Shown here piece after piece: positions 1 through 13,945 of a DNA stretch of 64,000 bases. The DNA lies in assembly GCA_903813345.2 (NCBI GenBank), contig CAIIXF020000001.1, forward strand, positions 4,092,001 to 4,156,000, written 5' to 3'. The notes below the pieces were generated by a model. That model was not told the DNA's origin and ran no database searches. It was given only the letters and a program-made list of their open reading frames with translations. Each line of letters opens with the position of its first letter. Positions within the stretch are counted from its first letter, which is position 1. Origin of the DNA: Owenia fusiformis (lineage: Eukaryota). The position numbers were made by a program, and so were the translations under genes.

Positions 1-1087
1 CTCAATGGGGTAGTGACCACAAATGAGGGCATTAATGGGCCAAGTGTTGAGGCTACAGTTAGTGGAGATACAGTCACAGTCACTGTTGGGGAAGTGAGCT
101 TGTCTACAGCTTATGTGAGTATACAATTTTGAAAACTAGATGGCATGATATAGCAATGCATATTGGTTTATAAAGTCACAGTTACTGTTGTTTCAGTTAT
201 TTTTTCATTTATTGTTGTCTCAGTTATTTTTTAGATACAGTTGTTTCAGTAACTGTTCTTTTAGATAGTGTTCATACAGTTACTATACTTTCTCAAAATG
301 GCATTGTTGATCTTACAAAAGACGACATAAACTTAACTTGACTGATTTCATAGTTATGATACTCAATTGCGATACTTTAACTATTATTTATGAAACTGTA
401 TTTTTATTTTCAGAGTGGTTCTTCTGGTTCTAAATGGTTTGTATTCACCAAGGAAACAAGCAGTAAAACAGTGTCCCTTTATGTGGGTGACTCCAGCAGC
501 TTTTCAAAGACTGAGACCCTATTACCAGCAAACTGTAAGTGAACCTTGCACCATACATAAAAGTGACCATAAATTAATAATAAATTAAAGAACATTTTCA
601 CATTTCAATTGCTTTATGAATCATTGCAGACAATCCCAAAGGGAACAGATGTACCTTGAAACTTGGGTTGACAGCATCAACATATGACAGTGTAAGTGGA
701 AAGCATACAATAATGAAAGAAGACAGCATACAACAATGTTTAAGACAGCATTTTAATATTTCATAGAAATTGGATAAAAGGAGAATTGTAAATATTGGCT
801 CCTTCCACATTCAACTTTGCTGTGCAAAATAATAATAAAAAAGATTAAACCACACGAGTTTTCCTATAATTTTTAAATATTTTACATGTTTTTACTCAAG
901 GATGTTTTATATTTTAAATGATATATTCATATTTTTATACTTATAGTAACAGCTTTACAAATCTTTTACAAATCTATCAATTTTGTTTTAGTTTGGCCTG
1001 TGCACATATGGATGGACTGAAGAAGATGTGTCAAGCTTCCAGTCAAGTGGGGAACCGATTGCAAACCCTAATCCTGTTGTCATATAA
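1..1087 (+). CDS. 3' end of a multi-exon gene (gene C); beta-rich C-terminus, possibly LamG/concanavalin-like
   Basis: Exons 1-114, 414-534, 630-691 and 992-1087 join in frame (phases 0,1,0) at GT-AG sites: LNGVVTTNEG...STAY|SGSSGSKWFVFTKETSSKTVSLYVGD...PAN|YNPKGNRCTLKLGLTASTYDS|FGLCTYGWTEEDV...NPVVI*. AATAAA follows at about 1125 and 1194. The fold assignment is a weak guess. Confidence 0.7.
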
Positions 1088-1266
1088 GTCTCAAGCCCAA
1101 ACTCTATGGCAATTACTGACAACAAATAAAAGGACATTATGACCAATAATATTGTGCATTCCTATGAAAATACATGTAAATTGACCTAAATTGAATAAAT
1201 CACATGATTGTATGCTTTATCTCTGGTTAAAATAGAATAGAAATAACATAGTCCACTATCATACAA

Positions 1267-4200
1267 TTACTCGTTAAGAGTTGACTGTAAAACAAATTGC
1301 ACAAAAAAAGATTCAAAATTGGGAAGATACTGTATATGGTGAGATTAATAGTAAATAACCTAAAAACTAAGTAAAAAAGGCATAATTTTCGCATTTTCTG
1401 GTAAATAAGGCCTCTCCGAAAAATCAGAAGTCTTCCTGATGAAGGCTGGCAACAAGCTTACATACTTCTAGTTATAACACAGGGGAAGGTAAATATACTT
1501 ACAGTTGCTGTGATCACATGCTGAGATAGAGGGTACAAGGGTTCTGGGACTCTGATGTTGTACCATGAGGGAGTCACTGGAATCATAGAAATATACACTA
1601 AGTACTAAATAAATATAAGGGATCTTAGGATCTCGCCACAATATCCTAAATTCTCACTTGCTAGCCATGTTACTTTTTGACTGTCACAAATGAATTTATA
1701 TTTTTGACGCTCATAGCAACTTAATGGCCTTAAATGTATCTTTCATAGCTTTTTATGGGGAGTTTGGATGTGAAATGAAAATTAGGTACTTATAGGCAGA
1801 GTCCATACTCTGTATGGGTGTACTTCAAAGAATTTTATGTGTAGACATAATTGAGCTTGGTATAAGCTGTTCCAAGTTATACTTACATGTCTGTGATGTC
1901 ACTGGCAGCCCACAAGTGAGTCCATTGATATTCCCCGCGGAGATGGTGACACTGCGGGTGACATCTAGAGAAGGTTTCATAATATAGGCTGATTGTGAGA
2001 GTTCTACAATCACATCCACATCACCACCACACAGTTCTTTGTAACCAAACACCGGAAGCATCAATCCACCTACAAAAACACATAATAACTTGTTATTCAA
2101 ATGGTGTAGTGTAGAACAAAGTAGAACACCGTCTGGATGTAGCACCACTTTAATGTATTTATAACCGCCATGCTTTTAATATCAAAAGGCTATACTACAA
2201 GTCATCCACTGTAGATATGCATTATTACTTCTACTAACCTTACATGATTGTAAAGATGGAATTTTACATTACCCTGGAGCCCAAAGACTAGTTTCAATCA
2301 CTACACTCTTGATAGGATAGACAATCTTTAGTTTTGAAACCAATAGAATGAATCAAAAAAAAAATTATGGGAGTGCAATTCTAATTGAGTAGCTGAATTT
2401 TAATTGGCCTAATCTTGGTTTGGACTGGATCAAATAACTAGCTATTATTCAAGGAGTGCAGATGAAAGATGCAATATCAAACAATTGAAAAGGATATTTA
2501 CCTGCAGAGTTGTCAACACTGAGTTCTACTGTAATAGCAGATGTAGGTACACCAGTCATGAGTCTGCTTCTTTGAACCTCTGTCATAGTATAAGGTAACC
2601 GCTTCATCCAGCCACTCGTTGACCTCACATAGAAGTGTACATCCAGCAATGGTTGTAATGAAGGTGGTATTGGCGAGTCAATAGCTGTCAGTTCTATCTC
2701 TAGAGTGTATCCAGATGGAGAATCCACTGTCAGACCGGGGACTGCAAAGCTGTCTGATATACTTGCTTCAAATCGTACTGAAAGCACAACAATATGATGA
2801 CCATTCATTTACAAATGATTTTATCCATTGTATGGTACTTTGAATGTCAACTTAGCGTAAGATACTTAAAGGCAGAAAATGTAGTTTAATTTTTTTGGTT
2901 GAACAAAGACTTGATCAAAAAATTTGGATAAAAAATATTCTGTTTGTACTTAGGCATGGTCAAAAACTATCTCATTATAAAGGTGTAGATGAAATTCTCG
3001 TGAAAAGTACATGATTGTACATAATTTATAATTTACCTGTATGAGTACAGTCCACTGTAAGAGGCAGATGTATGTATTGGTTATCGAAGTAGGAATCCTC
3101 AAGGTTAACAGCCAGGGATAACCTCTCTCCACACTCACTGCTTGTGACATTAAAGCTCACCTCAAACTCATAGCTTTGGATTGTATTACTGAAGATACAC
3201 ATACTTAAGATTATTTGAATGACAATAAGCTAACTTATTCACCCCATAAATCTTAAGATTGTTAACTTGGTAATCAGATCATGGAGTGAATGATGCTTTC
3301 TCCAGATATGAGGATTTACAAAAAAAGTAAGCCTTCAATACTAACTTTGATCTGATGAACTTCTTACAATCTTGAGGAAACAAATAATAATATTTCGATG
3401 CTATCTCATAATGCAAATCATCAAATTAAAGATTGATCCCCAGAATGTTGTTATTGAATATATTACTTATAGATTCTGTTCAAATTAAAATGCCCCTTGC
3501 TTGTAAAAATTTAATATAAGATAACAATAGATACTCCCATTCCCCTGAAATGCAATTTTCAAAATTATGCTTGTAGTCACACCTGATGTACCAAATCCCC
3601 TGAAATGTAATTTTAAAATCATGTTTGTAGGCATATGATGGATTTCAGTGTTTTAATTTTGTTCCTCCCATACCTTGGTGTTGGGACAAGAAGTTGTCTT
3701 TGCAGTTCAAGTGCTGCCATATTTGTGAGATTGCCTTCCTTTAAGATGATAAGATTTGCTGTAGAAAGGCTATTACAGTCAGCTGCAGTACACAGTACAT
3801 CTACACTAAGTAGTAACGCAGCCTCATGACCCTCGTACAGGCGTGTGGATCCTTTTAGCACCTTGTAGTCGGATATTGCAACAGCATCTGAACAAGAGGG
3901 AATAAAGATTTAATCACTAGGAATATGGCACAGAATAAAGTTGATTTACATGTATTGTTGTTTTATCTTGAGCCAATGGGTGTGTTGGAATGGGCACCTA
4001 GGTGGATGTCACATTTTGTTTTTCAATAGGTATTAACTGCATGTGCTGTTTGTAATCTATGTAGCATTCTATACTTTACCTTCTTGATGGCATTGAAGGA
4101 TTATTTCATCTACAGCAATGTTATTCATCTCCTTGTCTTCTGCTATGTGATTAAAGTTGTCCACATGTAGAATGGCATAGACTGCACCACAGAAGCTTGG

Positions 4201-7200
4201 TAAAGAGGGTTGGAACAAGAGGTCAGGTAGAATGCTGAGAGAGCCATTGGTGATGACAACTTTGGCCCCTAAAGAATGCATTTATCAATTGATTCTTTAA
4301 TATTATTCATACAGTGTAAAACCATAACTTGTGAATTTACCATGTCACCAAACAGTGAGCCATTGCAAGTAAGATATCCTTCTTCAATGGATAATCCATT
4401 AAGGGAATAGGAAAAGGAATGGGGATAGGGAAGGGGCAAGGGGATGGGAAAAGGGGAGAAGGGAAAGAGATGGGAGAAGGTAATGGGGAAGGGGAATAAG
4501 GGGAGAAGGGAAGACAATGTTTGATGTCAAAGGAGGAATTCGATTGGAGGAAAGTTTTGAGAAAGGGAAACCAATAGTCATTTAGGAAAAATGGCTTTCA
4601 AGCAGAACTTGTACTGTTATACTTGTATATGACATACACTACTAATGTGTACGAAATATGAACAAAAGGGAAATACAGAGACAATCGTTACAAAATTTTT
4701 TAGTGTACTTTTTATTCATATATTTCAAGAACTTACCAGACTCCAGATCAGAGTCATCTAGTTGATCATCTAAAGACCAGTAGAGGACAGAATTAACAAG
4801 GCTGGGATCTTGATCATCCAAATCAACACTGCCAGTGACAGTAATGGACACATTTGTGGCACCATCAACGACCACCTGAGCCTCAGCTATATCAAACTCT
4901 GTGACTACTATGTCAACACCTGCAATAAACACAACTCCACCTTCTAAGATGTATCCTCATTTAGATGAAGCAATTTTGGCAGCTCTTCATATGTTACATT
5001 GGAGATGTAATTCATGTTCATTATGTTAAACCTCCTTTACCCAAAGATTGACTCAAAGTTGACAAGGGGGCCCAAACATATATTTAGTGAAACAAACTTT
5101 GATTATTCATCAAAGGCAGCCATCTTTCCACTCCTCTACCACTCCTCTTTAACAGTCATTACAACATACATGCCCCTTAACCCATTTCCCTTTTACAGTC
5201 CTGACAACAACATACCTGGAGAGGTGTCCTTAATGGCCAAAGGCCATGCTTTAACATTGTTGACTCGGATGATATCCTGGTAAGGCACCCCTGAAGGCAG
5301 ATCAAGTGACAGTACAATGTACCTATAGCCCATATCTGCAGGGATCATATCTGCAGCTATGTTATACTGGATGTCCTCTACTTTCAGTGATTCACCTGAA
5401 TGGAGTCCAAGCAGGGGAGATACGCCATTTGGGTAGGTGACTGACGTAAATGTGTTCAGGAGTAAAGCTTGGCTACCTACAATAAACATTACAAAATATC
5501 ACCACTTGCAAATGGGTATAAAAGTGTTATTCTGTGTATAAAAGTGTATAACTGATGCCAACTGGCAATGCTAAATGCCAGTGCTAAGCTCAAAATAGCA
5601 GTCCCCAAAAATGAAGGCTATTCCAGTTTCATTTCTTGGTAGTGAAATAAAATGACACAGTCTATTACATACGCTAGGATTAAAATGGTATTCAACTATT
5701 ATAGGCCACATTTTGACTGATCAGGGAATTCAACAGACCATCTTCCGCAATAGACATTATTATCAAATCGCTACTTCATTTTAGTTTTTTTGGACTTCTC
5801 TATGATAATTACATGTGTATTAAAATTTACATCTTACATGGTGAAGATTAAATGTCTAACATTTTTACATTTCCCACTACCTCAAGTGTAAAAGATGGCA
5901 CTGATAAAACACTATTGTGAATTCTTTCTTCTCTTATGTTTATTGATAAACATATTTTTATGATTATCATCATGAACCCTAGCAACAAGTAAATATTTCA
6001 ACGGGTAACTATGATACCATTGTGTTGCTATGAGAAACCCCCTCAATAATTCATAACCCATTCTTCCTAGTTTCTGTTTGTCAATGTGTACCTTGGACAC
6101 AAGTAAACATTCAAACACATCTGTTGGTATGTCATCTCTAACAATGCATGCCTTATACCAATCAATAATTCCTACAGTGACATATTTTGTCAGACATCAA
6201 AAATTCAATAGCGATGCACTTAAAAATCAAATAGAAAGTACATGCTTCTGGGTTTTCACATATATGTATTATTTATATTTTTGGACATATTTTTGTAAAA
6301 ATTGTGAAAAATACCTTGGTTAATGGTTGGAAAGTTGCTGAGGTATAAATTCAACTGCCAGTTTTCTTTTCCCTCTGTAAGATCAGAGGAGTATATATTA
6401 TAAATAGTTGTATCGAGCGTGACTGTGTATTCTACCCCACGATACATCTCTGTCTGACCATAACCCACATCCAATGAACTATCACCAAGTGCAAATACAT
6501 CTGAAATACATATGCTACTGTGTTGTAAAAATGATACTGTAAAATTAAATAGCTATCTTTATATGAATTTATTATGTCATTAATTTGAAGTGAAAAGATG
6601 GTTCCTTTAAAAATATTTTCACACCATTCAATAACCAAATGGCCACTCAACCACTTAATAAAAATGAATATAAGTAGAACACGCAGGCAGTATCAGACAT
6701 AGGGACCATCTAACAGAAATTATATCTTTTCAGTCATTCCTTCTTATTTGCTAAAACATCAAAAATACTTACTAGTATTCAAGACAAGTTAAAATATAAG
6801 GTTTTCAAGAAATTCAACATTTGGAACAAAAAAAATGGATGTTAAAATTCATTATTTTGATATGAATCTTTTGCCAGATATCATATTTTGTAAAGGATAC
6901 ATCATTGACACAATTGCAAACCTCGCTTGCAATTTTGTCAGCCTCAATATTCTAACTTTATGTACCATTCAAAGATGAGACCCCCAATGTAGGTAGGGTC
7001 AGGACACATAAATTTGAAACAGTTTGGATGCTACCTAAAGAAGTCTTACCTCCAAAGCATAAAACAGTGATTGGAATGACAGCCATGTTGTTGTCCTCAT
7101 TGCTCTCAGGAATAACATCTGAAACAAAAAAGAAAAATTCAAAAATACAATAATAAGAGTAGTTTCTTTAAAAGGGTCTTACATTCATCTTTTAATATTA

Positions 7201-9780
7201 CAACTATGTTATCTACTAAAAGCCATTATGCAAAACATTTGGATGATTTGACATAATGATCAAGAGCAGACAAATCAAACTTGACATGTGATTATAATTC
7301 CTCCTTATCCTTGTCTGGTTTCATATGAAATATATTGATTTTCATACATTTCTAAGTTGTTGATAATCATAAAGACCCCCCCTAAAGTTGTGATTTTAAT
7401 ATTCAAATAAATGAAACATTTGATCACCCTTGGAGTCTACTATGACAGCCAAATACACAGGTCCACAATACTTATGATCTGAGGCATTGGTGTGAACATC
7501 AACCATATGGAAATCTGGGGCATCAAGCTGAATGAGTGTGGAATGGTCAGAGCTCTCCTCCAAGCTGTTGAATGATGTGGGCCATGACGGCACCTGCAAG
7601 AATATAAACACAGCTTTCATAAGAAGTCGAGTAAGGATGCAGTTTGTTCAAGCTTCTTCATCAGTCTGATGTCAAGAATGCTGCAAAACTGACTTTTTCA
7701 TCAAGTCTGTAGTTGAATATACTTCAAGTTATTGAAAAATAGAAAAACACAGGTGTGAATACAGTGAAATAGTCCAGACAGCTAAAAGATAATCGATAAA
7801 ACATCACATTTGGATGACAATGACATTGCCTTTTTGGTCAAACAGTGATACACAAAAAATCAAATCAATTTGTTATTTCAAATTCAATTCAATTATGAAA
7901 GTTTCTGGTCTCATAAAATTAAAAAATCAAATCAATTTATCATTTCAAATTCAATTCAATTATTAAAGTTTCTGGTCTTATAAAATTGTAACTGTTTGGA
8001 TTACCCGTTTATCCAATTCGGGCAAGATATCCTCATCATTGGAGAGATAGAATATTGGATTGATGGTTTGTATCCCTGCCAGCCTATCTGGTTTATAAAC
8101 TTCATCACCTTCTAGCTCTATTCTCAACCAAAGTGTTAGCTGACCATAACCATCTGATTCTATTACCCCTTGCTCTATTCCAAAATCATTGATGCTTATG
8201 TCGAAATTTCCTACAAGTACAGAAATTCATCCTCTATATCATGAAATCAAATCTGCATCTTACATTAAACATCCTCTAATTCTAAAAGAACATGATATTA
8301 ATAAATACGAAACAATTTATTTTTTGATGCTGTGACAGCATTTGCAACCTTTCACTATATTTATGTCTCATATCTTACACTGTATTGAACATATACACTT
8401 TATACTGTATTGCACATATACTACTTACCTTGTGAAAAACATCCTTTCTGGCACACAAATGTGATCCAAAGGACACCCAAGCCATATTTCAATGGGTACC
8501 ACCCCCTGAAACAGAAACAATGGAAATATAATTTTAGGAGGATACATGTAGAATTAATGTCAGGACTTTCATTGGCAGCAGGGAACAAGACAAAGAGTTT
8601 TTTCAAAATTCCCTGTTTTTTAATAATTTTACAAAATTTTCTCCGTTTCCCAAATTTTTTATTTGAACTTTGTTGCGTATTGTCAACATTTATCAAGAAA
8701 CTCCCAAATGTGAATATGATGCATGATCTTATAGAGACATTCCTTTGATGTTTTAAAATAAGTAGAATCATTAGCACTATTGAGAAGTTCAATAGTAGAA
8801 CACCAGGGATATAACTTCACAACAAACAATATTTATTCTCACTCAAACAAACCTAAAAGTAGAAACTATTCATTGGTAAAAGAGCATTCTTTCTCTAATC
8901 ATTTCTAATTTTAGTGCTTCCTTCCAATGATGGATACATGTAATTCCGCTTTGCTGTAATAGAGTCAAAATATGCGTAAATATACAGTAAAGGCCAGCAA
9001 ACATATTTATGAAGAAATATTGACAGAGTAGATTAATATAGTGAATAAGCCCAGTACTGTATTTTGAATTTAAAAACGTATTCAGGAATTGAATCAGATA
9101 ACTTACTAAAACATCAAAAAAGAAAAATGTCTAAAAGCAAATCAATCCTCAGATCCTTGGAATTACCAATCAAAAGAAAATTATACTTACATTATCTAAT
9201 GAGTTATCCAATGTATTATTCAATATTTATAATTTAAGTATCTGTGCAGCCAAATTTTAAATATTTGAATTAATTTTACACTGTGTCAAAGAAAATAATC
9301 AATTTGAAATTGTCACAACATTTTGGAGACAGCGAGAAAACACTAACAACAATATACATTTTGTACATTTATTATTCATTGATGCTTTTTATTACTAATA
9401 TTTGAAAAGTATGCATTGACAATAAAAGTAGCCATTAATTATTTATTTGTGAAGTTCCCTTGTTTAAGCCACCTGATGAAGAAATTAAAAGCAACATCAG
9501 CCATGCTACATTAGACTACATGGAGAATATCTAGAAAGCTCATGTTCAAAACAAATACCAGATTTAAAAGTTCAAGAAAATTTGCTCTCATTTTCAACTT
9601 TTTTTGATTTCTTCTTGAGCATTTCACATTTACAGATCAGAAAACATAATCTGATACACAGATAACGAGAGCATAATATACCAAATTCAAACCCACAATT
9701 TACAAAAATTGCTTCTATCCTATCACTTACATGGCCAGATACCAATTGTAAAAATACATAGCCACAAAGCCAAATAACAT
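1267..9780 (-). CDS. Gene B: secreted protein with about 5 CARDB-like repeats (about 770 aa, about 15 coding exons), paralogue of the N-terminus of gene A
   Basis: Approximate minus-strand exons: 9780-9731, 8505-8429 (GWYPLKYGLGVLWITFVCQKGCFS, signal-like), 8210-8005 (FYLSNDEDIL), 7593-7428 (KYCGPVYLAVIVDSK), 7118-7050 (VIPESNEDNNMAVIPITVLC), 6499-6316, 5476-5216, 4919-4737 (YWSLDDQLDDSD), 4268-4080 (FCGAVYAILHVD...EDKEMNN), 3887-3675, 3188-3036, 2777-2502, 2069-1887, 1576-1503, and a putative terminal exon 1284-1267 (STLNE*). Phases are compatible. The start and the last exon are less certain. Confidence 0.8.
4401..4570. repeat. Polypurine (GGGA/GGAA-rich) low-complexity tract in an intron of gene B
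   Basis: Almost only G and A, with many GGG runs. Confidence 0.8.
7854..7987. repeat. Tandem duplication of about 67 bp
   Basis: aaaaaatcaaatcaattt...ttcaaattcaattcaattat..aagtttctggtct..taaaatt occurs twice back to back. Confidence 0.85.
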
Positions 9781-11091
9781 AGGTTACAATACTGCATTAC
9801 GTCTAAACCATTTCGTTCATTAATTGGTCAAGGTTTGAAAAAAAATTGTTAAACATTTTGAAATTTAATGAGTTAGGAATTGAGCTACTGTCCTCCCTGA
9901 CCTAAGAAATTTGAAATATAAGACTGACCGCTTACATGTAGCTCTGGTGAATCAATGGGTTACAAAACCTCATCATAAATCATAACATGAATTATTCAGT
10001 CTGTAAATGGTGTGAAACAATCCAACATAGAAACATGAATGATTTATCATACAAAATATTTTTATTGATCAGAAAATAGTTTGAATGTTTTTTTATCAGA
10101 ATTGAAAAAAGAGAAGAACTTTATCAAAGATTTCTCCTTGGGATATATCTACAAATATCTTGTAAGTATAATTTATGATTTTGTGTATTTTTAATGTAAA
10201 ATTTGTGACAAATTGAAAAATATAGAAAGCAATCAATCAATTAAATCTTTACAGTCATTTCGCATCTTACCTTAATGCGCATAACAATTGATAAATTCAG
10301 GTTCAGCCAGAAATGAAATGGTTTGTTTTGAATGTTTTCCTTGCAATCTCGATCCTCTCCTCTAAAATGAAAAGCATCAATTTTACAAGGGGTCACAAAA
10401 TTTAATAACTCAAAGGTAATTGACAAGAAAAGTGTGAAAAGCATGTGAGGTCATCTTTTTTTAACATTTGCTATGGCAATGGACCCAAATTTTAGAATCT
10501 GGTATGAAAATGCCATGAAATACATGTACATGTATATGACTTCTGAAGGAGGACCGTGAATGGTCAGACTTTCCCACTTTCTGGTGTGAGAATGGTCGTG
10601 GAAGATACATTACCTCACACTTGTGTGGCATTGGTCCAGTAGTTACACATGTCCTTGCTTTGTTTTTTGGACATATTATTAGGCATTGGCCTACTACTTG
10701 GACATCTGGCATGGCATTGGAACTACATATATATTTTTCGACATAAGGAACACTTGCATGACTTTAGGGTGTTATTAATATGATGTATAATGCAATGAGT
10801 CAAAAAGTAAAGGGAAAGATACTCAAAATCAATTAATTTGATCAAGAGAAAAGGTCATTTATCCAGATTTTAGTAAACTCTTTCAGTTTACATGTAAGGT
10901 CCATGCCTCAATGTACTAGATTGCGACGCCAATAGCCAGCGTGTAGTCACACATGGTCAATGAAGACGAATGAAAATAACGATTCCTCGTTAAAACGTTA
11001 AAGTTTGGACAATACATCCACTGGATTCACCAAAGCAGTTTTTCAAATTACTATAAATGATCCTTTTTATCAACCAATGTACTGTACATAC

Positions 11092-11536
11092 CTGTAACGA
11101 TGAAAACTTGGATTGAAGTGACAAAATCGCTCAGCTTCCTAAAACTTGGACAGCAACACAACCCCTGACCAAAATCTGTAACCTCTCTCTTGATTGGTCA
11201 AACTATAGCGCGAAATCCAAATTTGAATTAAGACACACCTCTTTTTCACCAATTAACCAATCAGAGGTACTATTACAAAGAAGAAATATTGTTGCTGAAT
11301 TCTTCTTTCTCCCAAGTTCGGACGAGGATATCACTTTCGGACGGTCTATCTATTCCACGCTAGATCTATATGTATATTATAAAAGATAACATGATCGGAG
11401 TTATGGAGAGCACTACAACTCTTACTAGAGTCTCCAGCCAAAATTCAGAGACGGATTTTGGAAGAACGTCGATCTCATTTTCCGGCAGTACGATGATAAT
11501 AATCAGAAACACGCTGAGCAAACCCTACGCAACACG
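11092..11536. promoter_or_regulatory. Putative bidirectional promoter with the non-coding first exons of genes B and A
   Basis: CpG-richer region between divergent paralogues. Minus-strand donor CAG|gtatgt at 11092/11091 and plus-strand donor ACG|gtaaaa at 11536/11537. CCAAT boxes in both orientations (attgg about 11193; ccaat about 11249 and 11257). TATAAAA at about 11378. Confidence 0.5.
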
Positions 11537-11782
11537 GTAAAAATACGCAATTTGACTTTATGGACGGTGATTTTGTATCGCATCCTATATCAATGCTAAA
11601 CTCATGGTCTATGTTATTCTATGAAAATTCATGGCATTTCGCATGTTTTCTTTCATTGCACTTCTTTTTTTATCCTAGGCACTGTAATGTTGTCTACTGA
11701 ACACTTGATGCGTTTTATCACTGGATGCTATCGCTTATGCAATCACTCAATGCAACGAAAACATAAACTTTAATGTTAAAAT

Positions 11783-13945
11783 CACACCGGAATAGCCTGA
11801 CAACGATAAAGTCAGATCCCGGAGTCAGATACCGTTGTCACAAATGGTGGACATTTACTATAACCGTCGCTTCAACTTCTTAATCACTTGGTCCTCTTTA
11901 CATGGGATTTTATTGTTGTTAATTCTGTGCATGTATTAAGCTCTTATGATGATGTTTCATATGAAATCCCAATTTCGATCAAATTGGGTCATGAATCGCC
12001 ACATTATAGCGTCTTCGATATCGTCAATGACAAAGGAATCTGAATTTGAGTAATATAGAAAGACAACGGCATTTGGTAAATACAGTGTCCGTTGTCCCGT
12101 ATCTCATTTTGATTGGTTAAATTAAAGACTTTATTTCGATGGTAGATTATTACTTGTACAATGAGTATTAAGACACTTTGATTGATTGTTGTTCCAAAGG
12201 AATTTAGTCTAGGTGCTCTATTAAACATACAGTTCATGAAAATCTAATTGAAGCGACGGTTATGTCCGCCGTTTGTGACAACGGCAGGGCCGTCAGATGG
12301 GGGGGTGCGATGGGTGCGACCGCACCCCCCTTTGTCACCCCCCAAAATTAATTTGAAAAAAAATTGAAATTTTTTTTTTTTGAAAATTTTTTTTTTTTGT
12401 AATTTTCTTTTCATTGACTCATACACTTTGAAAGTACCCAGAAAGCACCAAATAGCATCTTAAAATTGTAAAATTTTCTAGGGGTATTGGCCACCCCTCA
12501 CACCCCCCACAAAACAATGGAAAAGTTCTAAATTTATTTTAGAGTTTTGTCTCAGACACTTTTAAAGTGCCCAGATATCATCAAATGGCTCCTTGATATA
12601 GTTATTGTTTCTGGGGGACTTACTCCCCATCTTGCACTTGCATAACCCCCCCCCTCTGGCGCCCCCCCCCCTTGACCCCCTCCCCCCCCAAAAAAAATAA
12701 ATTGTGATTTTCTCAAATTCTTTAATTGACTCATACACTAAAAGTGCCCAGAAAGCACCAAATAGCGTCATAAAATTGTAAAATTTTCTAGGGGGAGTGG
12801 GCCACCCCTCACACACCCCCAAAAAATGGAAAAGTTCTGAATTTGTTTTATGTATTGTCTCAGACACTTTTAAATTGCCCAGACATCACCAAATACCTCC
12901 TTGATAAAGTTAATGATTCTGGAAGACTAACACTTACTTGCCCTCTGGCATCCCCACTCCACCTCCCCCTCTGGCAGCCCCCCTCCCTTAACAAAAAAAA
13001 TTGAGATTTTTCAAAAAAATTTTATTGACTCATACCCTCTGAAAGTGCCCAGAAAGCACCAAATAGCATCTTAAAATTGTAAAATTTTCTTGGGAAATAG
13101 GCACTTTTAGGCACAGACACTTTTAAAGTGCCCAAACTTCATCAAATAGCACCTTGATATTGTAAATTTTGATATGGGGGACAAACACTTGCTCCCCCTC
13201 TGGCACCCCAGCCCCACCTCCCCTTCTGGCACCCTTCCCCCCCCCTTTGACACCCCAAAATTTGAAAAAAATTGCGATTGTTTTTCAATGTTTTTATTGA
13301 CTAGTACACTTTAAAAGTGCCCAGAAGCACCAAATATCATCTTTAAATTGTAAAACTTTCTAGGAGAGTTAGCCACCCCTCACATCCCCCACAAAACAAA
13401 AGAAAATATTCTGAATTTCATGTATTGTCTCAGAAGTGCCAGACATCATCAAATAGCACCTTGATATGGTCAATGTTTCTGGGGGACAACCCCTTGCTCC
13501 CCTACTGGCACCCCACCCCACATCACCCTCTCATCCTCTTTGACACCCCAAAAGAATTTGAAAAAAATCACATTTTTCTTATTGACTCATAACGCACAGG
13601 CGTACCAGATGGTTGCAAATTCGCTCCAAATACAACCAAATTTCAAAATTTTCCTGGGGGAGAACCCCCAGACCCCCCTAAATTTTCTAGGGGGCGTGGA
13701 CCACGCCTCACACCCCCCACAAAACAATTGGAACGTTTGGAAGTTGCATGCATTTGTTAATTCCAAACCAATATAGGGAGTAACTGACCCCCCCCCCTCT
13801 GTCTTACGCGATTTGATTTACGCGGCAAAAAAATGACAATTTTATATTCTCTTTAGTAAGCTAAAAACCGCACCCCCCTTGGAGAAAAGTGTCTTACGGG
13901 CCTGCACGGTATCTGACTTTACCGTTGTCAGGCTATTCCAGTGTG
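11783..13945. mobile_element. Non-autonomous DNA transposon with CAC...GTG ends and 5-bp TSD AAAAT; hosts a nested element
   Basis: TIRs CACAC(C/T)GGAATAGCCTGACAACG(A/G)TAAAGTCAGAT at both ends, extending with indels to about 90 bp. TSD at 11778-11782 and 13946-13950. Confidence 0.9.
12285..13904. mobile_element. hAT-like MITE (CAGGGCCGT...ACGGGCCTG) with internal tandem array, nested in the right TIR of the 11783 element
   Basis: Terminal inverted repeats and subterminal ccgcaccccc motifs. Flanks are aacgg/cacgg. About 4 internal units of about 300 bp (aaagtgcccagaaagcaccaaata...ttgtaaaattttct near 12430, 12740, 13042, 13314). Confidence 0.8.

Noticed and set aside
9731-9797. Signal-like MQYCNLCYLALWLCIFTIGIWP as the N-terminus of gene B
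   Set aside because: This frame hits a stop when spliced to either downstream exon (8505 or 8210).
12244-13776. Gly- and Lys/Phe-rich short ORFs
   Set aside because: They are translations of homopolymer-rich MITE repeats.
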